DNA of 64,000 nt from the NCBI GenBank assembly GCA_017395505.1, contig JAFPUH010000005.1, positions 11,851 through 75,850 of the forward strand, in the 5' to 3' direction. Both the position numbers and the translations under genes were made by a program. This document shows positions 47,601 to 54,793 of the stretch, one piece after another; within the stretch, counting starts at the first letter, position 1, and the number at the start of each line of letters is the position of its first letter. The notes under the pieces are model-generated. The model did no database searches. It saw nothing but the letters and a program-made list of their open reading frames with translations, and was not told the origin of the DNA. The stretch comes from Kiritimatiellia bacterium (GTDB lineage: Bacteria; Verrucomicrobiota; Kiritimatiellia; RFP12; UBA1067).

Positions 47601-47998
47601 TGATAGGGCTTGCCGCGGCGAACGCGAGGATAGGCGTAGATGTCGAGTCGGTGTCGCGCGACCTCTCGCAAGAGTTTACGGATGGCGTGTTCATGCCTGA
47701 CGAGCTTGAGCTTGCGGCCGGCGCGGCAAACGCGTCGCTTGCGATAATACGGTTCTGGTGCGCAAAGGAGGCTGTATCTAAAGCTCTCGGCACGGGCATA
47801 AGGTACAGTCCGAAAGAGATGACCGTAAGCGGCTACGAGCCTGATACCGGAAGGCTCTTCATGCGGCTCAACGGTGCCTGGGGAGAGGCTTTTAGATCGT
47901 TGAAGGGCAGAGACCTGCCCGTAACCGTAAGGACAATGAACGACCATGCGCTGGCGTTCTGCTTCCTGCCGGCTTCCATGTTCACGGATGAGTCGTAA
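44657..47998 (+). CDS. Fusion of degenerate acyltransferase, degenerate PKS dehydratase and 4'-phosphopantetheinyl transferase
   Basis: KLAFVFPG, PDGVVGFAGG, PVRFGETVRHMYADGYKVFLEVGP (AT fold); hot-dog DH-like region; EWLFGRIAVKEA, IGVDVE, FWCAKEAVSKALGTG (PPTase). Confidence 0.82.
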   Translation: MSELVIVRAEDTRALVSEMERIAGFIDRVPTASLLDVAYTCALSTGDSVIAFVVDGLQDLRTRLGSAITRIGGGSLKRLRDKSGTYWYGSHLLGEGGGKLAFVFPGVMSFYPDMMSDLAIKSESCRSAFEELEEAIVHEGAGDFTPSSFVFPPAPYYRHDADIFSSGAYAQALVATYAGCEAVARVLDGMGLKPDGVVGFAGGDLASVVRAGMTGRDIKRHDRIRFLREIYDIVDKAVDHAGLPKMAMVSLLLRHEGEADEVLASFPEGKVTLAIDLSPRQKTYAIESDFAEEAMRAFSAAGVRAMKLALDRPFNTPMCSRLVPAIRKLADAWIRKDPVCPVYSCANAATMEGRLKKIRVAVAERWASPVRFGETVRHMYADGYKVFLEVGPRGLMTTAVDDALRDVEHAAIATNSIHRRGIPQMQHALTQLAALGAKLDIVSWMKRYGAKELDFDSTFVAATRRETEMKLSREFPRLTLLSDDTPLSVAAAFSEPKGRGAKAAARAAAVAAQARKLRQFDFGALNPLVSDADTLNHSPGVSIELKKRFSVKEAPFIGDFALGGTQLSYSEPTLKGLMQMTMPLAAEIMGETALMLVPNRTLVAIEDLSCRRSVAFEDGALTVLIRAERVASSSPELAAVKVQLRDDSPGSAYTWPVMEATFVLAKALPEPQPVTVVPQFKPRTVHWSGRDIYPSRLSCGHRLRGITFAETWSETGIDYEVEVPQLSGCVTYTRFPLWVVNPLLLAIIVSGYSLWHSHERFSRWIGNERMDDAYSSPFRMRRLDIIAPIPKEGSKIKCYLRLTGVTPKSHLCDITVSDGDGGALAVISGWEERVEHVRREYRDLIMQPATSFITKPVSAEQLGNPSLDVSSAFVTDVPYPVFERDDEVWLQTFSHIVLGAKERKDFRLMPGSTARRTEWLFGRIAVKEAVRRFLKDYYQARWSDADVTIFADGMGKPYAVGAWMDQLPVKLDIAIAHTSQFVIGLAAANARIGVDVESVSRDLSQEFTDGVFMPDELELAAGAANASLAIIRFWCAKEAVSKALGTGIRYSPKEMTVSGYEPDTGRLFMRLNGAWGEAFRSLKGRDLPVTVRTMNDHALAFCFLPASMFTDES

Positions 47999-48863
47999 CT
48001 TTCCAGAGTACGCGTGCGATTACGCACTGAAGCTGGCCGCACGCTCGCCCAGGTTCGCAAGGCAGGTCTTCGATCCAAAGACATCGTGCGAGCGATGTCG
48101 CGGCGAGGATGTCTTCGGCGCCGATCCGTTCGGAGAGCTCGCCGGTGCCGCCAAGGTGAAGGGGTTGAAGCAGAGGTTCCCGGACAGGGTTCTTGTAATG
48201 ACGACCGAAAGATGTTTCGTCAACTGCAGGCACTGCACACGGCAGGGCATATTCGGGCGGACGAAGACGGTCGAGAGCGCCGATGACCTTGCAAGATGCG
48301 TTGACTACGTAAAGGCGCATCCGAAGGTGCGCGACGTGCTGCTCTCGGGCGGAGATGTTCTGACGCTCAACGACGGAAGGGTCATGGAGTTCGTCGACGC
48401 CTTCGCTAAGCTTGGGCAGATTGACATTGTGAGGGTATGCACCCGTGCGCTATGTGCAAATCCGGCAAGGGTGACGGCGAAGCTCGCAAGGTTGCTTGGA
48501 AGGTCCAGGAAGGTTTGGGTCAACACCCAGTTCAACTGTGCGGACGAAGTTACGGACGAAGCGTGTGCGGCGGCGGCCAGGCTTGTAGATGCTGGCATAC
48601 CCGTGAGCTGCCAGACGGTTCTGCTCAAGGGGGTGAATGATTCGGCGGACCAGATGCTCAAGCTGTTCAGGGCACTTTCTGCGGCCCGAATCAGGCCCTA
48701 CTACGTATTCATGTGCGATCCTGTGGCGGGCATAGGCAGGTTCAGGGTTCCGGTCGATAAGGCCAGAGCCATCGAGCGGAGGTGCGCCGAAGCGATAGGC
48801 GGCCTCTCGCTGCCGCGGTTCGTCATGGATGTGCCAGGTGCAAGGAGGAAGATGCCTATATGA
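47988..48863 (+). CDS. KamA-family radical SAM/PLP aminomutase (lysine 2,3-aminomutase-like), compact 291 aa
   Basis: RFPDRVL...CFVNCRHCTR, VRDVLLSGGD, NTQFN, QTVLLKGVNDS, YVFMCD, RFVMDVPGARRK; start overlaps the PPTase stop. Confidence 0.85.
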   Translation: MSRNFPEYACDYALKLAARSPRFARQVFDPKTSCERCRGEDVFGADPFGELAGAAKVKGLKQRFPDRVLVMTTERCFVNCRHCTRQGIFGRTKTVESADDLARCVDYVKAHPKVRDVLLSGGDVLTLNDGRVMEFVDAFAKLGQIDIVRVCTRALCANPARVTAKLARLLGRSRKVWVNTQFNCADEVTDEACAAAARLVDAGIPVSCQTVLLKGVNDSADQMLKLFRALSAARIRPYYVFMCDPVAGIGRFRVPVDKARAIERRCAEAIGGLSLPRFVMDVPGARRKMPI

Positions 48864-50368
48864 ACAAGATAGATCTGTTTAAAGAGTTCAAGCGCGCGCG
48901 CGATGAGCGTCCGCTATCCCCTGCGTTCCTTGTGGCGAGTGGCGACAGGTATCTGCCCATATCATGGCGGCAGTTCACTGACGACATAGCCGTAATCGCT
49001 TTCATAATCGAGGCGAACGTAAAGCATGGCGCGATAGGAATACTCGGCGAAAATTCGTACGAGTGGATGGTTGTGCATGCGGCATGCCTGTTCTCAGGAT
49101 CGGTAGCAGTGCCGGTTGACGTGAACCTCAACGCCGACGAGATTGCGCAGCGGCTCAAATCTGTAAAAGCGCGTGTGCTGGTTCATTCGTCGCTGTTCTC
49201 GGTCAAGTCGCACGATGTCGCGGCAAGAATGCCTGGCCTGATAACAGGAAGCTTCGGTTCTCGCAAGACGGACTTTTTCCTCAACGCCAGCAAGAAGGCC
49301 ATCGAACTTGGTCTCAAGACAATATGGTCGCGTGATTCGGTCGATGTCGAGCGCACCTCCGCCATCGTATTCACCAGTGGCACGACGTCTGAGCCTCGCG
49401 GTGCGGAGCTGACGATACGTGGAATAGAGACGTTCTGCGAGTGCGCGGCATCGGTCTTGCCGATGTCGCCGTCGGACAGGTCGCTCATGCTTCTGCCGCT
49501 CCACCACATATTCGGAATCGCAACTACGTATCTCATGCTGGTGCGAGGCGTCGCGCTCGGCGTGTGCCCAGACTTCCGCCGTATATACGACGCCGTCGAA
49601 CGGTTCAGGGCTAACTTCCTGTTTCTGGTGCCGGCTTTGGCCGAGATACTGGCGGCTAAGATATCGCAGCATGGAGACTCGGCAGCCGAAGCGCTCGGCA
49701 GCCCGATCGACTGGATATTGACTGGCGGCGCCCCGCAGCCGAGCTGTACGTATGAGAAGATGAAGAGGCTCGGCGTAAAGCTCATCACAGGCTATGGACT
49801 AACGGAGACGACCTCGCTTTACTCGCTTTCGTCGTCCAGTGGACTTTACAAGCCGGGCAGTGCAGGTTTGGTGGCGCGCCATCCGGAGGTTGAGACGGCG
49901 GTTTCGGAGGATGGAGAGCTCCTCATACGCGGACCAAGCGTCATGAAGGGCTACTACAAGATGCCAGAGCGTACGGCAAAGGCGATAGACAAGGACGGCT
50001 GGTATCACACCGGCGACATGGGCAGAATAGACGACGACGGCTTTGTGTGGGTTACCGGAAGAATCTCAAGAACGATTGTTCTCTCATCAGGCAAGAAAAT
50101 CGCGCCTGAGGAGCTTGAGGCGAAGCTACTGGCCCTGCCTGGCGTACTGGAGACGATAGTTTCCGGGGATGGCGCGAAGAGGGAGGTCGTCGCGACCATA
50201 TACGGCGATGCTCCGGAGGAAGCCCTGCGACGGGAGGTGGTGGAGCTGAACAAGACCTTGCCTGTATACAAGAGGATTTCGCGCGTGAATGTGCGTACAT
50301 CGCCGTTCCCTAAGACGGCTTCAGGCAAGATAAAGCTCAATCCGCCGGATGAGATACAGACTCGCTGA
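48860..50368 (+). CDS. AMP-binding long-chain acyl-CoA synthetase-like enzyme
   Basis: IVFTSGTT, GYGLTET, GELLIRGPSVMKGYY, WYHTGDMG, KTASGKIK; ATGA overlap. Confidence 0.88.
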   Translation: MNKIDLFKEFKRARDERPLSPAFLVASGDRYLPISWRQFTDDIAVIAFIIEANVKHGAIGILGENSYEWMVVHAACLFSGSVAVPVDVNLNADEIAQRLKSVKARVLVHSSLFSVKSHDVAARMPGLITGSFGSRKTDFFLNASKKAIELGLKTIWSRDSVDVERTSAIVFTSGTTSEPRGAELTIRGIETFCECAASVLPMSPSDRSLMLLPLHHIFGIATTYLMLVRGVALGVCPDFRRIYDAVERFRANFLFLVPALAEILAAKISQHGDSAAEALGSPIDWILTGGAPQPSCTYEKMKRLGVKLITGYGLTETTSLYSLSSSSGLYKPGSAGLVARHPEVETAVSEDGELLIRGPSVMKGYYKMPERTAKAIDKDGWYHTGDMGRIDDDGFVWVTGRISRTIVLSSGKKIAPEELEAKLLALPGVLETIVSGDGAKREVVATIYGDAPEEALRREVVELNKTLPVYKRISRVNVRTSPFPKTASGKIKLNPPDEIQTR

Positions 50369-50391
50369 GAGGAGAAAAAAACATGTCCCTA

Positions 50392-50421
50392 TTGACAAGC
50401 GGGGGTAATTTTAGGTAAAAT
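50392..50421 (+). promoter_or_regulatory. sigma70 promoter for the polysaccharide export locus
   Basis: TTGACA-18 nt-TAAAAT, ending 11 nt before ATG 50433. Confidence 0.6.
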
Positions 50422-50432
50422 ACACGCCAAAC

Positions 50433-51110
50433 ATGGACGAACTATATACTAGATTCGTGACGGCCACGTTCATAGCGATGGTTGTCTGCACTGTAGCCGG
50501 CGGATGCCGCACTATTGGGAAGCTCTTCGAACAGGAAGATCCCATTGATGCGGCAGCTGTCGCGAAGTATTGGGATGGGCCGCGGATTGGCCCTGGCATG
50601 GCGCTTGAGATTCAGGTTGGCTCGGCCAGCACTGCGCCCAAGGAGATGAGCGTGCTTGTGGACCAGAACGGCGAAATCACGTTGCCTTACCTCCTGCAGC
50701 AACCGGTAGCATGCGATGGCTTGGGCCTTGAGGCTTTGAAGCAGAGGCTTGTTAAGGAGTATTCGGTCTACATACGTCAGCCGCAGATTACCGTTACGTT
50801 CGGCAGGTATGACGAGCGCAGCGGCGTAAGTCCGTGGGGCACGGTCACCGTGCTGGGCGAGGTCGGCAACCCGGGGCCCGTCAACATGCCCGCCACGATG
50901 GACATGACAGTCACTAAGGTTCTTCAGGTCGCAGGTGGCGTCAAGCCGTTCGCCAACAAGTCCAAGATCATTGTGACTCGTTGCGACAAAGACGGCAACC
51001 AAACGCGTACGCGCGTCGACCTGCACGAGATCGGCGAGGATGGCCGTTTCGACAAGGATATGATTTTGAAGGCCGGTGACGTGATATACGTGCCGGAAAC
51101 ATGGTATTGA
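50433..51110 (+). CDS. Wza-like polysaccharide export lipoprotein (Poly_export + SLBB)
   Basis: Lipobox AGGC; VDQNGEITLPYL; YIRQPQITV; VTVLGEVGNPG; AGGVKPFA; LKAGDVIYVPE. Confidence 0.85.
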   Translation: MDELYTRFVTATFIAMVVCTVAGGCRTIGKLFEQEDPIDAAAVAKYWDGPRIGPGMALEIQVGSASTAPKEMSVLVDQNGEITLPYLLQQPVACDGLGLEALKQRLVKEYSVYIRQPQITVTFGRYDERSGVSPWGTVTVLGEVGNPGPVNMPATMDMTVTKVLQVAGGVKPFANKSKIIVTRCDKDGNQTRTRVDLHEIGEDGRFDKDMILKAGDVIYVPETWY

Positions 51111-51133
51111 CAATCGTTGGAGGTATTACAACA

Positions 51134-52108
51134 ATGAACAAGATAGTCAAGTGTGCAATTGCGATGGTCGCCGCGGCGCTGGCGGTTTCGTCTTTCGCTC
51201 AAGAGCCGGCAGAGACGAGGTACATGCCTTTGGCCGAGGCCCGCTCGACAATCAGCGAGGCGGTGAAGGATCCTGAGGTCATGACTGAGACCATGAGGCA
51301 GCTCTCACCCGAAGACCAGGTTATATACGTTGCCGAAGTCAATGCGGCGATTGCGAAGATGCCTGGATCGGCCGAGGAGAGGACGGCCGCGGCACTCAAC
51401 GCCAACAAGGCTGCTCTGAGGAGCGCCGCGCCAGGGAATGTGGCGAACGTGCTCGCCGAAGTCTATGCGACTGCTCCGGTTGAATCGCTTGGCGTAATAA
51501 GCGAGAACTTCGGCAAAGACCTGTTCAACCGTGAAGCCGACCAGGCGCACACCTACTCAGACGCGCAGTTCACTGCGATTGCGGAGGCTGTCGTGAAGAA
51601 GATCGCCGATCGCACCGCAAACAGCGATGACGGTGGTGTTCGTAGCGCGTTCGGAATGATGATGATGGTCAGCGCATCGAACGGGTCTATCGAAAACCTG
51701 TCCGATACTCTCATAGAGTCTCTTCCGGTTGAGGTCCGCGAAGTCGCCAAGAACGAGTGGGTTCCCGCCGCAACGGGTGAAGACAAGAGCTACGAGAGCA
51801 TGATTGCCTATTCGACCGAGGCCACGACGACCACTTCCGAACCGAGCGCGACGCTTGCGCTTCAGCTCGCCGGTCCGCAGATGCTCGACGCAATGCTTTC
51901 CGACGTGGCTGCTGGCGTTCTGGTCAACAGCGAGTCTGCGACTCCTATTCTCGACCAGTCGTTCGGTGGCTTCGGCGAGACTGTTGTCAATAACACGACT
52001 ACGGCTGGCGGAACGACAATATCCGATACTACCGAGACCGCCAAGCAGCCTGATCCTGAAGAACCATGGAATCCGGTGAATCCTGGACCGTATCCGTGGG
52101 CTGACTGA
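51134..52108 (+). CDS. Secreted helical hypothetical protein with Thr/Pro-rich tail
   Basis: Signal peptide ..SSFA; co-oriented within the export locus; no family recognised. Confidence 0.6.
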   Translation: MNKIVKCAIAMVAAALAVSSFAQEPAETRYMPLAEARSTISEAVKDPEVMTETMRQLSPEDQVIYVAEVNAAIAKMPGSAEERTAAALNANKAALRSAAPGNVANVLAEVYATAPVESLGVISENFGKDLFNREADQAHTYSDAQFTAIAEAVVKKIADRTANSDDGGVRSAFGMMMMVSASNGSIENLSDTLIESLPVEVREVAKNEWVPAATGEDKSYESMIAYSTEATTTTSEPSATLALQLAGPQMLDAMLSDVAAGVLVNSESATPILDQSFGGFGETVVNNTTTAGGTTISDTTETAKQPDPEEPWNPVNPGPYPWAD

Positions 52109-52130
52109 TTTTCAACGAAAGAGTGCTCTT

Positions 52131-53387
52131 ATGAAGAAGTTAATGATTGTCGCGGCGCTTGCCTCCTCATTCGCCGCCCAAGCAGAGATAATGGATCGTC
52201 CTACCGGCTTCAAAGTCGGTCAGCGCATGACGGTTCGCCCATATGTTTCGATGTCATACACTTATGACTCAAACGTAGCCTCCACCGAGAAGTCGAAGGA
52301 TGGATCCTCATGGAACATCGTACCTGGCTTCACGGCCGACTATCAGGGTGAGAACTGGAACCTGGAAGGCGGCGCGTTCTACCAATATCACGCCTATGCG
52401 AAAAACTCTAACAATCTCAACCAGCACAGCTACGGTCAGAACCTCGCCTACAACTGGGCGAACTCGAAGCCCGGCGAGCGCGGCTGGTCGTTGACGTTGC
52501 GTGAAAGCTTCCAGCAGATTTCACAGGATGACGATATGTCCAACCACGGTGGCCGTGGCGCGGGGCGTGATCGCAAGCAGTTCCAGTTTGCTGCGGCTGT
52601 CCAGCGCCGCATCACCGAGCGCTTGCATGGCGACGTCGAGGCGACATACTACTACCTCGATTACGACAACAGCGACCAGAAGTATGCGCCTATGTATGGC
52701 TGGCGTCGTTGGACGGCTGGCGGTCAGGTTGGCTATGCCGCATCCAAGTGGACCGATTTGCTTATTGCTGCCAACTATCAGGGCTATACGCAGGATAACG
52801 ACGTCGATCGTGGTGGCGAGGATGCGTCGAAGGGCAGACGCAATGGCCACTACACTTCGGAGTCTAAGGGCTTTACGCTCCAGACTGGTATCGGAACCCA
52901 TGCGACCGAGCGTATCAGCTACCGTTTGACAGGTGGCTGGAGCCGCTTCGAATATGCCGGTGGCGCCAAGGAGCTTGATGGCTTTACGTATCAGGCATCC
53001 TCGAGCTGGCAGATGAACAACCGCTGGACGATGATGCTTTTGGCGTCCAGCTACTATCAGCCTTCGGAGCAGGAATACGGTAGCGCCGTCCGCGTCGACT
53101 CGATTGGTTGGGGCCTCGGCCACACGATGGTTCGCGGCAAGTTGAACGCCACCTTGGATTTGAACTTCCGCCATGAGACTCGTGAATACACCGAGTATTA
53201 TGCCAGCGAGTACGATCAAGACATCCTTACTGGCCGTATTGGTTTTAACTACACGATCAACCGCTTCCTCTCGGCGTTTACGAGCCTTGAGTACCAAGTC
53301 GACTGGGTTGGCGGCAACAGCTACGGCAGGGCTTCGTATGACTATGATCGCTGGCGTTGGACCGTCGGCATGCGCTTGACATACTAA
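52131..53387 (+). CDS. Outer-membrane beta-barrel of polysaccharide export loci (BBP2/EpsL-like)
   Basis: Signal peptide; YTYDSNV; Tyr/Trp-rich amphipathic strands; ends VGMRLTY. Confidence 0.75.
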   Translation: MKKLMIVAALASSFAAQAEIMDRPTGFKVGQRMTVRPYVSMSYTYDSNVASTEKSKDGSSWNIVPGFTADYQGENWNLEGGAFYQYHAYAKNSNNLNQHSYGQNLAYNWANSKPGERGWSLTLRESFQQISQDDDMSNHGGRGAGRDRKQFQFAAAVQRRITERLHGDVEATYYYLDYDNSDQKYAPMYGWRRWTAGGQVGYAASKWTDLLIAANYQGYTQDNDVDRGGEDASKGRRNGHYTSESKGFTLQTGIGTHATERISYRLTGGWSRFEYAGGAKELDGFTYQASSSWQMNNRWTMMLLASSYYQPSEQEYGSAVRVDSIGWGLGHTMVRGKLNATLDLNFRHETREYTEYYASEYDQDILTGRIGFNYTINRFLSAFTSLEYQVDWVGGNSYGRASYDYDRWRWTVGMRLTY

Positions 53388-53388
53388 C

Positions 53389-54792
53389 GTGCTTACATTC
53401 GTGTCCAAATACGCTACGGCGGCGCACCTCGCATTGATGACGGTTGCGCCGCTCTTCCTATTCCCGTTCTGCGGGGAGGAAGCGATTGCCAAAGTTCTGC
53501 TTTGGTTTTCTCTTCTTGGGGCTGTTTGGATTGTGATGAGCCCCTCTGTGAAGGGGGATGAACGGCCTCATGATGCGCGTATGCGCTTTGCGTATGAAGT
53601 CATACGCGACCCGCTTTTTTGGGCTGGACTGGTGCTTGTGGCGTTTGCTGGCGTCCGTTCGCTGAATGGAGGCGTTGCGTTCGTCTACGATGCCGAGACG
53701 TATTCATGGTCGCTATCCCTGCCGACGATCGAGATACTGCCGGGCTGCGTCGACGGTGCCGGCACCTTGCCGTTTTCGATGAGCGTAGCGCTTCTTGTGC
53801 TGTTGCAGGGGTTCAGGCACGCCCTCGATCGCAGGGCTGTTGTTGGTTACCTTGTGTCGGCCTCTGTCCTGGCAGGCTTCTCCGCCATAGTCGCCGTTGC
53901 GGCGATGTCGTACGGCAGCAAAAGCGTACTTTCGCTGGTCGAATGCAGCTACCACACCCCATATTTCATAGGCACGGCATACGGCATCCATTTCATTTGC
54001 GGTTTCGCGGCGCTCTTCTGCTGCGTTGAGGAGAAGATGGTGGCCGCGGAACTGTTGACTGTTGTGTCTCTTGTGGCGATGGTTCTTGGGCTCGTCCTGT
54101 TCTCTCCGCCTGCGACCCTTGCCGTCTTCGCCTTGGCTTTCATTGTTGTAGCGCCGCTTTCGTTTGTCTTGCACAGGAAGGACGTCTCTGGTGCCGGAAG
54201 CCTCCGCTGCATGCTCGCTGTGGCGCTTATACTGCTATCGGCAGTTTCTCCGTTTTTCCTTTGCGACGAATCGCAGGCAATGGTTGACAGGCGTGACGCC
54301 ATCATAGCCGTCAAGATGCTGCCGGACGGGTTTATGGCTACACGTCGAGCGCTTTCCGGTATTGCCCTTAATGTCTGGAAGGAAAATCCTTGGCTGGGCA
54401 GCGGACTGGGCTCGTTTCAGCTCGACATAAAGTATTTCGCGACCCCCGAGAGCTGGTCCGTTATCTCTCCGCTGCAAACTTCTGCTACATTCGGCTGGTG
54501 GCAGCTTTTGGCCGAGCGAGGCATACTGGGTCTGCTCATGCTCGCCATGACTTGCGGATTTCTGATTTTTACGTATGTGCGCCGGTTGGTGCTTTCGTTC
54601 GAGGCAGCGCACTTCAGAAGCGTTCACATCCTTGGGCCGCTTGTTTTTCTGGTACTTGCGGCAATGGCTTTTGTAGATTGCTCTTTCCTGCGTGTCGATG
54701 TGCTCCTTGCCGGAGCCGCCGCAATGTCCTTGTCTGCGGCGGCCCTGCCTGAAGCCAGACGCGCCGATTCCAATGCAAAGGGGGTAAGGTAA
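53389..54792 (+). CDS. O-antigen ligase/polymerase-like (Wzy_C) membrane protein
   Basis: Polytopic; WKENPWLGSGLGSF; QLLAERGILG; GTG start. Confidence 0.7.
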   Translation: MLTFVSKYATAAHLALMTVAPLFLFPFCGEEAIAKVLLWFSLLGAVWIVMSPSVKGDERPHDARMRFAYEVIRDPLFWAGLVLVAFAGVRSLNGGVAFVYDAETYSWSLSLPTIEILPGCVDGAGTLPFSMSVALLVLLQGFRHALDRRAVVGYLVSASVLAGFSAIVAVAAMSYGSKSVLSLVECSYHTPYFIGTAYGIHFICGFAALFCCVEEKMVAAELLTVVSLVAMVLGLVLFSPPATLAVFALAFIVVAPLSFVLHRKDVSGAGSLRCMLAVALILLSAVSPFFLCDESQAMVDRRDAIIAVKMLPDGFMATRRALSGIALNVWKENPWLGSGLGSFQLDIKYFATPESWSVISPLQTSATFGWWQLLAERGILGLLMLAMTCGFLIFTYVRRLVLSFEAAHFRSVHILGPLVFLVLAAMAFVDCSFLRVDVLLAGAAAMSLSAAALPEARRADSNAKGVR

Positions 54793-54793
54793 A

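Noticed and set aside
43257-47998. Treating the PKS-like genes as ordinary pseudogenes
   Set aside because: There are no stops or frameshifts, structural motifs are preserved and translational coupling is intact; reported as a finding instead.
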